DNA of 58,535 nt from Dehalococcoidia bacterium. Lineage in GTDB: Bacteria > Chloroflexota > Dehalococcoidia > GIF9 > AB-539-J10. Positions within the stretch are counted from its first letter, which is position 1. Every line of letters starts with the position of its first letter. A program made the translations under genes and the position numbers. The notes under the pieces are model-generated. The model worked only from the letters and a program-made list of their open reading frames with translations, was not told where the DNA came from and did no database searches. Of this stretch, positions 26,450-36,457 are shown one piece after another. The DNA is taken from assembly GCA_046483735.1 (NCBI GenBank), contig JAWOCP010000023.1:1-58535 (forward strand). Reading direction: 5' to 3'.

Positions 26450-27424
26450 CTATCCCCCTATATCTGCCCAGCAGGCGGCATAGTGCTGCCCGGCAACCAG
26501 TTTCAGAGGAGGAGCTTCCTGAGAACATCTTTCCATAGTATAGGTACATCTGGGTCTGAAGGAGCACCCCTGTGGCAAATGGCCCATATCAGGCGGTTCA
26601 CCGTCAATGGGAACCAGCTTGGTGCCGAGAGAGCTATCGAGGCGTGGTACCGAAGCCAGGAGCCCTATGGTGTAAGGGTGTCGGGGGGCGCTGTAGACAT
26701 CGCTAGCCAATCCAGTTTCTACAACCTTTCCCGCATACATTATGTAGACCCTCCGAGCATATCTGGCAATTACTCCCAGGTTATGGGTTATGATAAGGAG
26801 TGCCGTGCCAAACCTTTCGGTTATATCCTTCATTATCTCCAGAAGCTGAGCCTGGATGGTGACATCGACGGCGGTGGTGGGCTCGTCAGCGATAACGATT
26901 TTCGGGTCACAGCTGAGTGCCATCGCTATCATCACCCTCTGGCGCATCCCGCCGCTGAACTGGTGGGGATAATCATCCAGCCTTTTTTCAGCATCGGGGA
27001 TGGCCACCAGTTGCAGCAATTCCACGCTGCGCTTCCTGGCTGCCTGTCTATCCATGCCCAGATGGATTTCCAGGGCTTCCGACATCTGGCGTCCGATAGT
27101 CAGCACCGGGTTGAGCGAAGTCATCGGTTCCTGGAAAATCATGGCTATTTTGCCGCCGCGAATACAACGCATCTCTTCCTCGTCTACCTTAAGCAAATCC
27201 TTGCCCTCGAAGATAACCTCACCGCCCATTATTCTCCCCGGGGGGTTGGGAATAAGACGCATTATCGATAGAGCACCGACGCTCTTGCCGCATCCACTCT
27301 CTCCCGCCAGACCGATGGTCTCTTCCTCCTCTACGTAGTACGATATGCCATCCACCGCTTTGACCACACCGTCACGAGTGAAGAAATGGGTCCTTAAATC
27401 CTTTACCTCAAGCAGAACGCTCAT
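26450..27424 (-). CDS. peptide ABC transporter ATP-binding protein (OppD/DppD type)
   Basis: [26 protein letters not shown], Walker [10 protein letters not shown], signature [22 protein letters not shown]. The ORF-track start at 27748 adds 108 non-homologous residues, so ATG 27424 is preferred. Confidence 0.9.
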   Translation of the reverse strand: MSVLLEVKDLRTHFFTRDGVVKAVDGISYYVEEEETIGLAGESGCGKSVGALSIMRLIPNPPGRIMGGEVIFEGKDLLKVDEEEMRCIRGGKIAMIFQEPMTSLNPVLTIGRQMSEALEIHLGMDRQAARKRSVELLQLVAIPDAEKRLDDYPHQFSGGMRQRVMIAMALSCDPKIVIADEPTTAVDVTIQAQLLEIMKDITERFGTALLIITHNLGVIARYARRVYIMYAGKVVETGLASDVYSAPRHPYTIGLLASVPRLDSSLGTKLVPIDGEPPDMGHLPQGCSFRPRCTYTMERCSQEAPPLKLVAGQHYAACWADIGG

Positions 27425-27537
27425 GAATACTCCGTTACTATGCAACTGGTCTTCTTCATTATAGCGCAGAATTCTCAAAACGAGTAGATTATTCGCTCCC
27501 CCGCAACTGTCGACGGCCGGTCTGAGAGATTGGCGAC

Positions 27538-27615
27538 CTGCGCTCTGGAGGGCTCTCCGTGTTCGCCTTGTCTGATGACACAGCCAAACAACGCTTTTCA
27601 AAGCTGAAAGCTTGA
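27538..27615 (+). pseudogene. relic of a livF-type 3' end (about 78 bp including the stop)
   Basis: ctgcgctctggagggctctccgtgttcgccttgtctgatgacacagccaaacaacgcttttcaaagctgaaagcttga aligns by eye to livF 21623-21701. Identity is roughly three quarters, with one 1-nt indel. The tail ...gctgaaagcttga and gacagccaaacaacgc are nearly identical. Confidence 0.5.
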
Positions 27616-27771
27616 AATGGTCAGTCAAATCATTTAAGATGTTACCCTCTTGTGTTAGAATACTAATCGTGTTCATCAATGCTTCTGAAAGGAGGGAGCC
27701 TATTGGGCAAAGACACATTGACAATGAAATATTCGGCTTAACAATCATCGATAGTTTGAAAGGAGGAAGGC

Positions 27772-28971
27772 ATGTCTAAGAAGATAATAGGTGTTATAGT
27801 TGCGGTAGTGGTGGTTGTCGTTCTGGTACTTGTTTTTGCTCTTCCATCTACACCACCAGACGACGAGGAACCAGACGTAGAAATAAAGATAGGTGGTATC
27901 TTCGACAAAACAGGGGGTCTGGCGGCGATGGGTGCCTTGATAGAAAAAGGCGCCCTTCTTGCCGTGGAGGAGATTAATGCTGCCGGGGGAGTACTGGGCG
28001 CGAAACTGGTGCTCCAGGTTGAAGATGGAGCCACTACCCCCACAGCTGGCTTCGAGGCTTTCAAGAAGCTGGTGGAGGTGAACGGAGCTAAAGTCATCGT
28101 GGGTCCCATGATTAGCGGGGCAGCTATGTCTTGTGGCCCCTACGCCGAAAGCAATGAGGTTTCCTTTGTTTCACCTTCAGCTAGCTCGCCCTTAATCACT
28201 TTCCAGGACTGGAAAGAATGGGCTCCCCGTACTTGCACCAAAGATAATTTTCAGGGGCAGGTCCTGGCGGATATCATTATTGAGGAAGGCTACGAGGCAG
28301 CGGCCATCGTGGTCCAGGACACTCCATACGGCATCGGTATCGAGATGGTGGTCACAGAAATCCTCGAGGCAGCCAACGTGACCGTCGTTGCAACTGTACG
28401 ATATGACGAGGCGAAACTCGAGTATGCCACTGAGCTGAGCACTATCGCAGCCGCCAATCCCGATGTTATCGTTCAGGTTGGCTATCATACCGACAGCGCG
28501 GTAGTTTATGAGCAAGCTGTTGCTGCGGGCCTGGACACAGTCGCCTGGCTGGTTGCCGAGGGCGTTTACGGCCTGGTGCCGGCGACTTACCCTGCCGCTG
28601 CCGACTTCATGGTTGAAGCCAATCTTCGGGGCGCTACCCTGGTCCCTGAACCGGACGTACCCGAGTATGTGGCATTCGTGGCAGCATATGAAGCGCGATG
28701 GGGCGTACCCCCGGGAGTCTACTGTGACACTGCTTATGATGCTGTCAAGATGATAGCTCTGGCCATAGAAGAGGCCGGTGTTTACGATGGCGCGGCCATA
28801 AAAGAGGCCCTCTATGAAGTGGCTGTCGATTATGCCGGTGCCAGCGGGACAATAACCTGGGACGAACTGGGCGACCGGGCTGTAGCTACTTACGGAGTCT
28901 GGGAACTCGTATACGATGATGTTGAAGAGGAATACGAGTACGTCATCCTAGATTACGTTGTTTTCGAATAA
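27772..28971 (+). CDS. branched-chain amino acid-type ABC substrate-binding protein (LivJ/K family), anchored by an N-terminal TM helix
   Basis: 399 aa. The N-terminus is the TM segment IIGVIVAVVVVVVLVLVFAL. It is followed by KIGGIFDKTGGLAAMGALIEKGALLAVEEINAAGGVLGAKLVLQVEDGATTP, the hallmark LivJ/K-type N-terminus. Strong RBS AAAGGAGGAAGG. Confidence 0.85.
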   Translation: MSKKIIGVIVAVVVVVVLVLVFALPSTPPDDEEPDVEIKIGGIFDKTGGLAAMGALIEKGALLAVEEINAAGGVLGAKLVLQVEDGATTPTAGFEAFKKLVEVNGAKVIVGPMISGAAMSCGPYAESNEVSFVSPSASSPLITFQDWKEWAPRTCTKDNFQGQVLADIIIEEGYEAAAIVVQDTPYGIGIEMVVTEILEAANVTVVATVRYDEAKLEYATELSTIAAANPDVIVQVGYHTDSAVVYEQAVAAGLDTVAWLVAEGVYGLVPATYPAAADFMVEANLRGATLVPEPDVPEYVAFVAAYEARWGVPPGVYCDTAYDAVKMIALAIEEAGVYDGAAIKEALYEVAVDYAGASGTITWDELGDRAVATYGVWELVYDDVEEEYEYVILDYVVFE

Positions 28972-28981
28972 GAAACAGGAC

Positions 28982-29034
28982 GGGACGGAGATGACTTCGC
29001 GTGATGTCAATCTCCGTCCCGCTTCCGTTTTCCC
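28982..29034. terminator. bidirectional rho-independent terminator between convergent genes
   Basis: gggacggagat (28982-28992) pairs perfectly with atctccgtccc (29010-29020) across a 17-nt loop. T-rich runs follow on both strands (gcttccgtttt on plus, gtcctgtttctt on minus). Confidence 0.6.
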
Positions 29035-30036
29035 TTACTTCGGTCGGTGCAAATCTGCACGCTGAAGGAGACTCATTTTCTCTTTAGCTTCTCTGATTGT
29101 CTCTTCAGCTATAACTTCAGCTCGCTTAGCTCCATCGGCCAGAACCTGGTAGACATAACCGGCCCTGGAGGCCAGGCCGGCCCGCCTTTCCCGGAAAGGC
29201 TCCAGATTGGAACTGATGCTCTGCGCCAGTATCTTCTTACAATCTACACAGCCGATGCGGGCGCTGCGACACTCCGAGGCAATCTCTTCCACCCGGGCCG
29301 GGGTGAAGAAGTTGTGGAGGCGGAAAATATTGCATGCTTCGGGATGCCCCGGGTCGGAGCGGTACCTCCGTGCCGGGTCTGTGTAGGCGGCCATCACCCG
29401 CTCCGAGATATCCCCGGGAGAGGCAGCTACTTCAATGTAGTTGCCATAGCTCTTGCTCATCTTCAGTACCCCGTCCAGGCCCAGGACCAGAGGAAAGTTG
29501 GTGAGCTTTGCCTGCGGCTCAGGAAATACGAATCCATAGATGGTGTTGAACCGGCGCACTATCTCCCGGGCTAACTCCAGATGAGGAAGCTGGTCTTCGC
29601 CCACGGGAACAACCTCTCCCTTGTAAAGGGCAATATCGGCAGTCTGGAGAACAGGGTAACCCACCAGCCCGTAATTGACATTATGTGGCTGCATCTTGAC
29701 CTTCTCCTTGAATGTCGGGACACGCAATAGCCAGCTTAAGGGAGTCAGCATACTGAACAGAGCATGGAGCTCCGTCACCTGAGGAACATGAGACTGAACG
29801 AAGACGATGCTCTTCTCCGGGTCGATACCGGCTGCCAGCCAGTCAAGCACCATTTCGTAAATATCTTCCCGGAGGAATTCTGTGCTCTCGACAGTCGTAA
29901 GAGCGTGGATATCCACGATGCAGTAGATACAGTCGTATTCATCCTGAAGGGCGACGAAATTCTGTACCGCCCCCAGGTAGTTACCGATATGCTGTCTGCC
30001 CGTAGGGCGGAAGCCGGAGAAGACGCGTTTTTTCAT
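29035..30036 (-). CDS. trpS: tryptophan--tRNA ligase
   Basis: 333 aa. Class I signatures are FSGFRPTGRQHIGNYLGA (HIGH-type) and KMSKS (LKMSKSYGNYI). Confidence 0.95.
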   Translation of the reverse strand: MKKRVFSGFRPTGRQHIGNYLGAVQNFVALQDEYDCIYCIVDIHALTTVESTEFLREDIYEMVLDWLAAGIDPEKSIVFVQSHVPQVTELHALFSMLTPLSWLLRVPTFKEKVKMQPHNVNYGLVGYPVLQTADIALYKGEVVPVGEDQLPHLELAREIVRRFNTIYGFVFPEPQAKLTNFPLVLGLDGVLKMSKSYGNYIEVAASPGDISERVMAAYTDPARRYRSDPGHPEACNIFRLHNFFTPARVEEIASECRSARIGCVDCKKILAQSISSNLEPFRERRAGLASRAGYVYQVLADGAKRAEVIAEETIREAKEKMSLLQRADLHRPK

Positions 30037-30146
30037 CTACTTGTGGCAAAGTTTAGCATGTAGGAGGACAGGCAACAAGAGCATTGACCAAATGAGCCTG
30101 GGAGTCGCCCGGTCACCCCCGCCGAACAGGGTTAGCAGGAAGTCAC

Positions 30147-30223
30147 TGGTAGCGCATACCGGATTCGAACCGGTGATCTCCTCCTTGAGAGGGAGGTGTC
30201 CTAGGCCTCTAGACGAATGCGCC
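30147..30223 (-). tRNA. tRNA-Glu (anticodon CTC), CCA encoded
   Basis: Reverse complement is GGCGCATTCGTCTAGAGGCCTAGGACACCTCCCTCTCAAGGAGGAGATCACCGGTTCGAATCCGGTATGCGCTACCA. It folds as a cloverleaf with anticodon loop CTCTCAA. Confidence 0.9.
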
Positions 30224-30554
30224 ACATATACCTATACTAGCAAAAACTGCTAGGACTTCACAACTTCCGCAGCTAGATTCTGATAATTTGTTCTGGCACC
30301 AGAGCGATTCACCAGGTTCCCGGACTTCCGTCATCGTGGAATAGAGCCTGTTTAGCTCTGATTCTTATTCACATTCGGGTATTCCTGTTCATGTCATTTC
30401 TCTACAGTTGAAGGCTACTACCAACCGGGCAACTCGTGGCGTCACGAAATGGCTATGACTGGCATCTCCGTGTGCTATAATAATGGGAGTACGGGGATAA
30501 GTTCTCACGACTACCGGCGTAGTCCGGGGCAAAAGTATAACTGGAGGTGCACCG

Positions 30555-30857
30555 ATGCAGGCACGAACTATGAGTCGCATTTTTGGGAAGAAGCTATACA
30601 GCTCAGAAACAGCCAGGCTGATAGCCAGTGACTCATACTGGGACGGCCGTAGTTGGGACAGAGAGGGGCGTAATACCTTCCTATTCAGAACGCCAAATGG
30701 CCATTACTTTGCCCAGTATCAAACGAAAGTGCGAGGCGAAGTTAACAGCATCAAACCCCTGGAGCTGGACGAGGCCATAGCTCTATATGGGTCACTAAAG
30801 AAGAAGGAAGTCCGCTTCATGTTTGCGTTCCCCCGTGTCGAAGTGGCAGATGCCTAA
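30555..30857 (+). CDS. hypothetical protein (100 aa)
   Basis: GGAGG lies 7 nt upstream of ATG 30555. MSRIFGKKLYSSETARLIASDSYWDG...RNTFLFRTPNGHYFAQYQT... has globular composition. I recall similar small proteins in accessory regions but cannot name a family. Confidence 0.55.
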   Translation: MQARTMSRIFGKKLYSSETARLIASDSYWDGRSWDREGRNTFLFRTPNGHYFAQYQTKVRGEVNSIKPLELDEAIALYGSLKKKEVRFMFAFPRVEVADA

Positions 30858-30927
30858 CGGCTGACTTTGTCCTGGTTTGTGCTTGCTAACGACCTCGTGC
30901 TGGGATATGCTTCTGCAATCCCTTATG

Positions 30928-31353
30928 CTAACCGCCCGCCGCCTCAAGCTCTTCTTCAGCGAAGCGACTGATTGCCGCCAGACCTGTCGACTCGAACCTC
31001 ACCATATACCAGAAACGAAAAGCATCCCTGACAGGTTCCTTATCTACGATTCCGATGCGGTCTCTATATGGTGAAGCCGAGCTAATGCTAACTTTCACCT
31101 TGCTGCCTTTCTTGAACTTCGCCACTTTGTCACCAAGTCCCCGGGGAATGTCATACTCCCTGCGTTTGGTCGGGTCGGAGAGGATAGCATAAGCCTCGTT
31201 TATCTCCTTCATTTTCTTGCTGGCATCCTGACTTGCTGGATTCCTGTCTGGGTGATATTGAAAAGCTAGCTTGCGATACGCCTCTTTTATCTCCTCTGCG
31301 CTGGCATCTGGCGCAATACTCAATACTTCGTAGTAGTCTCGCTCACTTTGCAT
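30928..31353 (-). CDS. J-domain protein (DnaJ N-terminal domain only) with an unrelated C-terminal domain
   Basis: [34 protein letters not shown] contains the HPD motif. There is no G/F or zinc-finger region. The C-terminal ~65 aa ([32 protein letters not shown]) looks like a small beta domain. Confidence 0.8.
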   Translation of the reverse strand: MQSERDYYEVLSIAPDASAEEIKEAYRKLAFQYHPDRNPASQDASKKMKEINEAYAILSDPTKRREYDIPRGLGDKVAKFKKGSKVKVSISSASPYRDRIGIVDKEPVRDAFRFWYMVRFESTGLAAISRFAEEELEAAGG

Positions 31354-31446
31354 CCTTCATAATCTCTCTTGGCTGCTGTTTTTGCTGACACAATGATAGC
31401 GATTTCAGGCTTCCAGTCTGAGAAATCTGCTTTTGAATGGTTAAGC

Positions 31447-31647
31447 TTACCTCAATTGCCTGGAATGTTCAATAGCGACGAAATATTTAGCTCTGCGCTC
31501 TTTCAGCCACTGGCGAATCATAGCCCCGATCGGAATCTCAGTGGTTCTTGTGAACTGGTGCTCATATCCGGCCTCGCCGCCCGATATTATGACTCGATAG
31601 TCCACACGGAAAACCCACCATCGACCCCTGACTTTAGATTCTACCAC
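31447..31647 (-). CDS. hypothetical small protein or gene fragment
   Basis: 66-aa ORF with a GTG start: MVESKVRGRWWVFRVDYRVIISGGEAGYEHQFTRTTEIPIGAMIRQWLKERR. It looks more protein-like than the overlapping plus-strand ORF. The open frame extends ~20 codons further upstream without a start codon, so it may be a truncated remnant. Confidence 0.3.
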   Translation of the reverse strand: MVESKVRGRWWVFRVDYRVIISGGEAGYEHQFTRTTEIPIGAMIRQWLKERRAKYFVAIEHSRQLR

Positions 31648-31852
31648 TATAACCGCTATGGTGGTAAAGTCAAGGCCCGGCTCGCCATATATTGACGGCG
31701 TTATTCTGATACTCTACTCATCAGCGGGATGCACGCCGCTAAACGTAGTCGCCAATTCATGGCGGAACCGGGGCGTTCGGCTGAGCTGGTCCTGAGCTTG
31801 TCAAAGGGACGACTCGATAAATCCGGTCAACTACAGAAACTCGGAGCTGCGC

Positions 31853-31926
31853 TGGCTGGGGAGGAAGGATTCGAACCTTCCCTGCCGGATCCAGAGTCCG
31901 GTGTCCTACCGCTAGACGACTCCCCA
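31853..31926 (-). tRNA. tRNA-Gln (anticodon CTG), CCA encoded
   Basis: Reverse complement is TGGGGAGTCGTCTAGCGGTAGGACACCGGACTCTGGATCCGGCAGGGAAGGTTCGAATCCTTCCTCCCCAGCCA. It has the U1-A72 pair typical of tRNA-Gln and anticodon loop CTCTGGA. Confidence 0.85.
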
Positions 31927-31937
31927 GTACACGGAAT

Positions 31938-31966
31938 ATTATAGCTATTTCCGTCGTCTGGAGCAA
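31938..31966 (-). promoter_or_regulatory. promoter candidate for tRNA-Gln
   Basis: On the minus strand: TTGCTC (31966..31961), 17-nt spacer, TATAAT (31943..31938). The tRNA 5' end lies 12 nt downstream of the -10 box. Confidence 0.4.
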
Positions 31967-32018
31967 TGAAAAAGAGCTGAAGATGCCCCGCATTGCAGCT
32001 GGCCAACCTGGAGCACCG

Positions 32019-32414
32019 TTAACGCTTGGTATATTGTGGTGCCTTGCGAGCTCGCTTGAGCCCGTATTTCTTGCGCTCTTTGATCCTGGCATCCCGGGTA
32101 AGCAAGCCTTCTTTGCGCAGCATGGGCTTAAATAGCTCATTCTCTTTGGCCAGTGCTCGAGCAATGCCATGGCGAATGGCTGCAGCCTGGCCGGTGAGCC
32201 CCCCGCCGTTGACCTTGGCCGTGACACGAAATCTGCCCACAGTATTGGTGGACAGAAAAGGATGCTCAATCATACGGCGATGCTCGAGGCGAGAAAAGGC
32301 TTCTTCATAAGGCTTGTCGTTGACAACTATCTCCCCTTTGCCGGGAAGAAGCCTGACCTGGGCTATGGCACACTTGCGTTTACCCGTTCCCCAAACGTAA
32401 CTTTCCTCGCTCAT
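32019..32414 (-). CDS. rpsI: 30S ribosomal protein S9
   Basis: GGGLTGQAAAIRHGIARAL...RDARIKERKKYGLKRARKAPQYTKR. Confidence 0.95.
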   Translation of the reverse strand: MSEESYVWGTGKRKCAIAQVRLLPGKGEIVVNDKPYEEAFSRLEHRRMIEHPFLSTNTVGRFRVTAKVNGGGLTGQAAAIRHGIARALAKENELFKPMLRKEGLLTRDARIKERKKYGLKRARKAPQYTKR

Positions 32415-32420
32415 AAGTTA

Positions 32421-32984
32421 TCACCTTTCCTCTGGCAACATTTCGTTTTCAGGAAGTTCGCCCTGGCTGCCACGAGATTCTTCCCCTTCACGAAGCTTGG
32501 CCTGAGCACGGTAAGATTCTTCGTCGCGCTCAGAATGACGGGGTGCCAAGGGTTCAGGCTCACGGTGGCGGAAGGAAATCTGAGCCTGGTGGGGATGCTC
32601 ATTGCCAGGATAGACCTTCAGTTTCTTAAACATTGCTCTGCCCAAGCTATTATGAGGCAACATGCCCTTAACCGCAAGTTCAACCACACGGACGGGGTCT
32701 TGGTTGAATAGTTCCTTAAAGCTCGGGCTCTTCAAGCCGCCGGGATATCCAGAGTGTCTGTAATAGATCTTCTGTTCCGCTTTCTTGCCGGTCACCTTCA
32801 CTCTGGCAGCGTTGATTACCACAACATGGTCACCGGTATCAATATGAGGGGCATATATTGGCTTATGCTTGCCCATGAGTAAGCGAGCTACCTGACTCGC
32901 TGTTCTTCCCAGGGCTTTGTCCGCAGCATTGATAACCCACCACTCCCGCCGGATATCTTTGGCTCTAGGACTGTAAGTTTTCAT
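32421..32984 (-). CDS. rplM: 50S ribosomal protein L13 with a ~45-aa C-terminal extension
   Basis: [59 protein letters not shown]. The conserved end ...[16 protein letters not shown] is followed by [52 protein letters not shown]. Confidence 0.9.
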   Translation of the reverse strand: MKTYSPRAKDIRREWWVINAADKALGRTASQVARLLMGKHKPIYAPHIDTGDHVVVINAARVKVTGKKAEQKIYYRHSGYPGGLKSPSFKELFNQDPVRVVELAVKGMLPHNSLGRAMFKKLKVYPGNEHPHQAQISFRHREPEPLAPRHSERDEESYRAQAKLREGEESRGSQGELPENEMLPEER

Positions 32985-33009
32985 CTCTTTACACAAACTC
33001 ACGACAGGT

Positions 33010-33795
33010 CTAGCTTCCCAAAGGCGTAGCATATCTGACATTCATAAGGAATAAGCCACGCGCAGGAGATAAAGGACCGGCTAAACCCAGAGTCTTCGCC
33101 TCCATTATATCATGAAAATCGCCGACGCCTATCTTGCCTCGGCCTAACCTGATCAGGAGGCCTACGGTACTTCGTACCTGGTGAGGCAAAAATGAATTAG
33201 CCACGATGCGAAAAACGGCAAAGTCTCCCTTTTTCTTGATTCCTGCTTCATGAACATTACGCAACGTGCTCTTGCTGCCATCGAAAGAACTGGCAAAAGA
33301 GGCAAAATCGTGCTCACCCTGGATAAGCTGGCAGGCATCGTTCATCGCTTCGATGTCTAGTATTTCGGGTACGAATAGGGCAAATCTTTGGCTAAACGGC
33401 GACCGGGTGTAGCTATTCAAAATATAGTAATGGTACTCGCGGCTCAGAGCATCGCGTCGGACATTGAAATCATCGCCAGCCCTGTAAGCTGCTTTGACAG
33501 CGATATCTCCGGGTAGATGGTAATTCAATGCTCTAACTAACGTCATGGTATCTAATGTGGATTTCGCCCAGAAGCTCACCACTTGTCCCTTGGCATGCAC
33601 ACCGGTATCAGTTCTACTGGCTGCCATAACCCGGCTGCTTCGCCCGCAAAATCGACTTATAGCTTGCTCAAGCTCATTTTGAATAGTAGGCAAGCCCGCT
33701 TGCCATTGAAAGCCATGGTATTTGGTGCCATCATATTCTAAAAGCAAAACAAACTTACTTAACCAATTCAATTTGAACCATAGGTGCGTTATCAC
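33010..33795 (-). CDS. truA: tRNA pseudouridine(38-40) synthase TruA
   Basis: [16 protein letters not shown] and the catalytic RTDTGVHA are present. The true start is probably the in-frame TTG at 33771 ([15 protein letters not shown]) rather than 33795. Confidence 0.9.
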   Translation of the reverse strand: MITHLWFKLNWLSKFVLLLEYDGTKYHGFQWQAGLPTIQNELEQAISRFCGRSSRVMAASRTDTGVHAKGQVVSFWAKSTLDTMTLVRALNYHLPGDIAVKAAYRAGDDFNVRRDALSREYHYYILNSYTRSPFSQRFALFVPEILDIEAMNDACQLIQGEHDFASFASSFDGSKSTLRNVHEAGIKKKGDFAVFRIVANSFLPHQVRSTVGLLIRLGRGKIGVGDFHDIMEAKTLGLAGPLSPARGLFLMNVRYATPLGS

Positions 33796-34108
33796 CAGTG
33801 CGGGGTCCCAGCTTCAGCAGTCTTGTGTAACCTCCGTTACGGTCGGCATAGCCTGGAGCAATTTCAGCAAATAGCTTGTCAACCACCTTTTCGTCAGTAA
33901 TAAAAGCCAAGGCTTCCCGCCTTGAAGCAAGGCTGCCGTCCTTACCCAGAGTAATCATCTTTTCTGCCAAACTGCGAACCTCTTTGGCTTTAGCTTCGGT
34001 GGTGGTGATTTTTTCGTGAGCTAGAAGGGAAGTAACTTGATTTCGGTATAGCGCCCACCTGTGCGCTGTCGGTCTGCTTAGTTGCCGTCCTGCTAACTTG
34101 TGTCTCAT
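33755..34108 (-). CDS. rplQ: 50S ribosomal protein L17
   Basis: [45 protein letters not shown]. Confidence 0.95.
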   Translation of the reverse strand: MRHKLAGRQLSRPTAHRWALYRNQVTSLLAHEKITTTEAKAKEVRSLAEKMITLGKDGSLASRREALAFITDEKVVDKLFAEIAPGYADRNGGYTRLLKLGPRTGDNAPMVQIELVK

Positions 34109-35025
34109 TCCTTTTTCTTCTTAGGGCCAGGAGTGCCTAATTTGGCCATCAGCTCTTCTACTTCGGCTCTAGACTTAGCCCCTAGACCGGGCAACGGTGG
34201 CAAACCATCCCTGCCTTTCTCTATCAATTGTCCCAGGGTAAAAATACCCGCTCTCTTCAGACTATTATAGGAGCGAGTTGATAAATTAAGTTCTTCCAGA
34301 GGCTTATCATATTGCTCGGGCAGAATCGGTAAATCTTTAGCTACAGGAACTTCCAGGTCCCTGAAAGAAGAGAACTGATTGATTAAGATGCTGGCGCTTT
34401 GGCTGAGAGCCTCCCAGGGGAAAATGGTGGCATCGGTCCAAATCTCGAGGACGAGCCTTTCCTGGCTCTCTTCCTGGCCGGGCCTGATAGATTCCACGGA
34501 GAAATTGACCTTCCGCACCGGCGTGTAGATTGCATCTATTGGCAGTGCTCCCGCGGGCAAGCCGTCGATAGATTTAGCTGGCACATAGCCCTTTCCCAGT
34601 TCCACGTTAAGTTCGACGCTAAGCTTAGCTTTGGGAGAATCCAGAGCAGCTAAATAAAGTTCGGGATTGGCAATGCGAAAGTCAGCCGATGGTGCAATAT
34701 CAGCGGCACAGATCTTGCCTTCCCCCTCCGCTTCCAGGGTCAACCGCCCGGGCTGATGGGAAAGAGGGAAGAGTCTTAGTTGTTTGATATTCATTAAGAA
34801 CTCCATGGCATCCTCTTTAACATGAGGGATGGAAGAGAATTCATGCTGAATTCCTTCGATTCTGACCCATGTTACCGCCGCGCCAGGCAGAGAACCGAGG
34901 AGCACACGACGCAAAGTATTGCCTAACGTGGTACCATAGCCCGGCTCCAGAGGTTCAGCAAGAAAACGACCATAATTGGCCGTGACTTCAATACAAGTTA
35001 CATTGGGGATAGACAATCCGGACAT
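34105..35025 (-). CDS. rpoA: DNA-directed RNA polymerase subunit alpha
   Basis: [59 protein letters not shown], with a C-terminal domain [22 protein letters not shown]. Confidence 0.95.
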   Translation of the reverse strand: MSGLSIPNVTCIEVTANYGRFLAEPLEPGYGTTLGNTLRRVLLGSLPGAAVTWVRIEGIQHEFSSIPHVKEDAMEFLMNIKQLRLFPLSHQPGRLTLEAEGEGKICAADIAPSADFRIANPELYLAALDSPKAKLSVELNVELGKGYVPAKSIDGLPAGALPIDAIYTPVRKVNFSVESIRPGQEESQERLVLEIWTDATIFPWEALSQSASILINQFSSFRDLEVPVAKDLPILPEQYDKPLEELNLSTRSYNSLKRAGIFTLGQLIEKGRDGLPPLPGLGAKSRAEVEELMAKLGTPGPKKKKE

Positions 35026-35028
35026 AGT

Positions 35029-35661
35029 TCACCTCGAGTAGTATTCAACGACAGCTTTATCGTTGAATCCGGCTTCAATATCGTCCTTGCCGGGCAAATT
35101 CAATACTTTGCCTGTCATACTTTCCTTGTCCAGACTCAGCCAACTGGGGATGAGTTTCTCCTCAATTTGCTCAGCCACTCTTTTGTAATACTCGGTCTTC
35201 GTGCTACCTTCTCGCCATTGTATGACGTTGCCCGATTTCACCAGGAAGGAAGGGATATCGGTTCTTTGTCCGTTGACAGTTATGTGGCCATGCCGGACTA
35301 TTTGTCTGGCTTGGGCCCGTGAATCAGCAAAGCCCAGTCGGTAAACCACGTTATCCAATCGCCTTTCTAACAGAACGAGAAGGTTTTCTCCAGTGGTACT
35401 GGGGCCTTTTTTCGCCTCGGCAAAGAACCTGCGAAATTGTCGTTCCAGGACACCATAGCTGAAGCGGACCTTTTGCTTCTCTCGCAATTGAAGCCCGCGG
35501 TCGGAAATTGCAGTGCGCCGTCGCGTCTGAGAACGCCCGCCGGGACGAACACTTCTTTTCTCCACGGGACATTTCGGTGTAGCGCATCGCTCGCCTTTAA
35601 GCATCAGCTTGTCGCCGAAGCGGCGACATAGACGACAAACTGGGCCTGTGTAACGTGCCAT
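35029..35661 (-). CDS. rpsD: 30S ribosomal protein S4
   Basis: [26 protein letters not shown]... Start at ATG 35661. Confidence 0.95.
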   Translation of the reverse strand: MARYTGPVCRLCRRFGDKLMLKGERCATPKCPVEKRSVRPGGRSQTRRRTAISDRGLQLREKQKVRFSYGVLERQFRRFFAEAKKGPSTTGENLLVLLERRLDNVVYRLGFADSRAQARQIVRHGHITVNGQRTDIPSFLVKSGNVIQWREGSTKTEYYKRVAEQIEEKLIPSWLSLDKESMTGKVLNLPGKDDIEAGFNDKAVVEYYSR

Positions 35662-35662
35662 C

Positions 35663-36046
35663 TTATACTCTTCTCCTCCCGCGGGGTCGGCAGCCATTAT
35701 GTGGAATGGGAGTCACGTCTCTGATGGCAGTGACTGTAATTCCGGAAGCTTGTAAGGCGCGAATAGCTGCTTCGCGTCCACTGCCTGGACCTTTGATGTA
35801 CACTTCAACTCGGCGCATGCCATCCCCCATCGCCCGGTGTGCTGCATCTCTGGCAGCCAGTTGGGCAGCATAAGCGGTGCCTTTTCTGGAACCTTTGAAT
35901 CCGGCACTACCGGAGCTGCCCCAGGCGATAACATTGCCTTGCATATCGGTAATAGCAATGGTTGTGTTATTGAAAGTAGACTGGATATAAGCCCTGCCTT
36001 CGCTAACTTTCCTATGAGCCTTACGAGCCTTCTTTTTCTTTGGCAT
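35663..36046 (-). CDS. rpsK: 30S ribosomal protein S11
   Basis: [49 protein letters not shown]. Confidence 0.95.
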   Translation of the reverse strand: MPKKKKARKAHRKVSEGRAYIQSTFNNTTIAITDMQGNVIAWGSSGSAGFKGSRKGTAYAAQLAARDAAHRAMGDGMRRVEVYIKGPGSGREAAIRALQASGITVTAIRDVTPIPHNGCRPRGRRRV

Positions 36047-36064
36047 TTGGTGAAAACGCCCTCC

Positions 36065-36454
36065 TTACTTCTTAGCTACGCCACGTCTTTGCCCCCGACC
36101 GGCCACTGTTTTCCTTGGTCCTCTCTTAGTTCGGGCGTTTGTACGTGTTCTCTGTCCGTGAACTGGCAACCTCATGCGGTGTCTTGTGCCCCGGTAGCAA
36201 CTGATTTCAATGAGACGCTTTATATTAGATTGAACCTCTCTCCTGAGGTCGCCTTCTACCTTGTATTGTTTCTCAAGAACATCTCGAATCCGGCTAACCT
36301 GTTCTTCATTGAGGTCCTTGACTCTAATGCCAGGATCGGTATCGGCGGCAGCCAGAATGCGCTGGCTTGATGTAACACCAATGCCGTAAATGCGCAGCAA
36401 GGCCACCCCAATCGGCTTATCTTTGGGAAGGTCTATACCAGCAATCCGTGCCAT
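36065..36454 (-). CDS. rpsM: 30S ribosomal protein S13
   Basis: [26 protein letters not shown]. Confidence 0.95.
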   Translation of the reverse strand: MARIAGIDLPKDKPIGVALLRIYGIGVTSSQRILAAADTDPGIRVKDLNEEQVSRIRDVLEKQYKVEGDLRREVQSNIKRLIEISCYRGTRHRMRLPVHGQRTRTNARTKRGPRKTVAGRGQRRGVAKK

Positions 36455-36457
36455 TGC

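Noticed and set aside
30037-30146. T-box leader upstream of trpS
   Set aside because: Only ~110 nt separate trpS from tRNA-Glu, too short for a T-box. No specifier-loop or T-box consensus was recognisable.
31369-31695. Plus-strand 108-aa ORF
   Set aside because: Its composition is not protein-like and it lacks an RBS. The opposite strand gives a more plausible, though still weak, reading frame.
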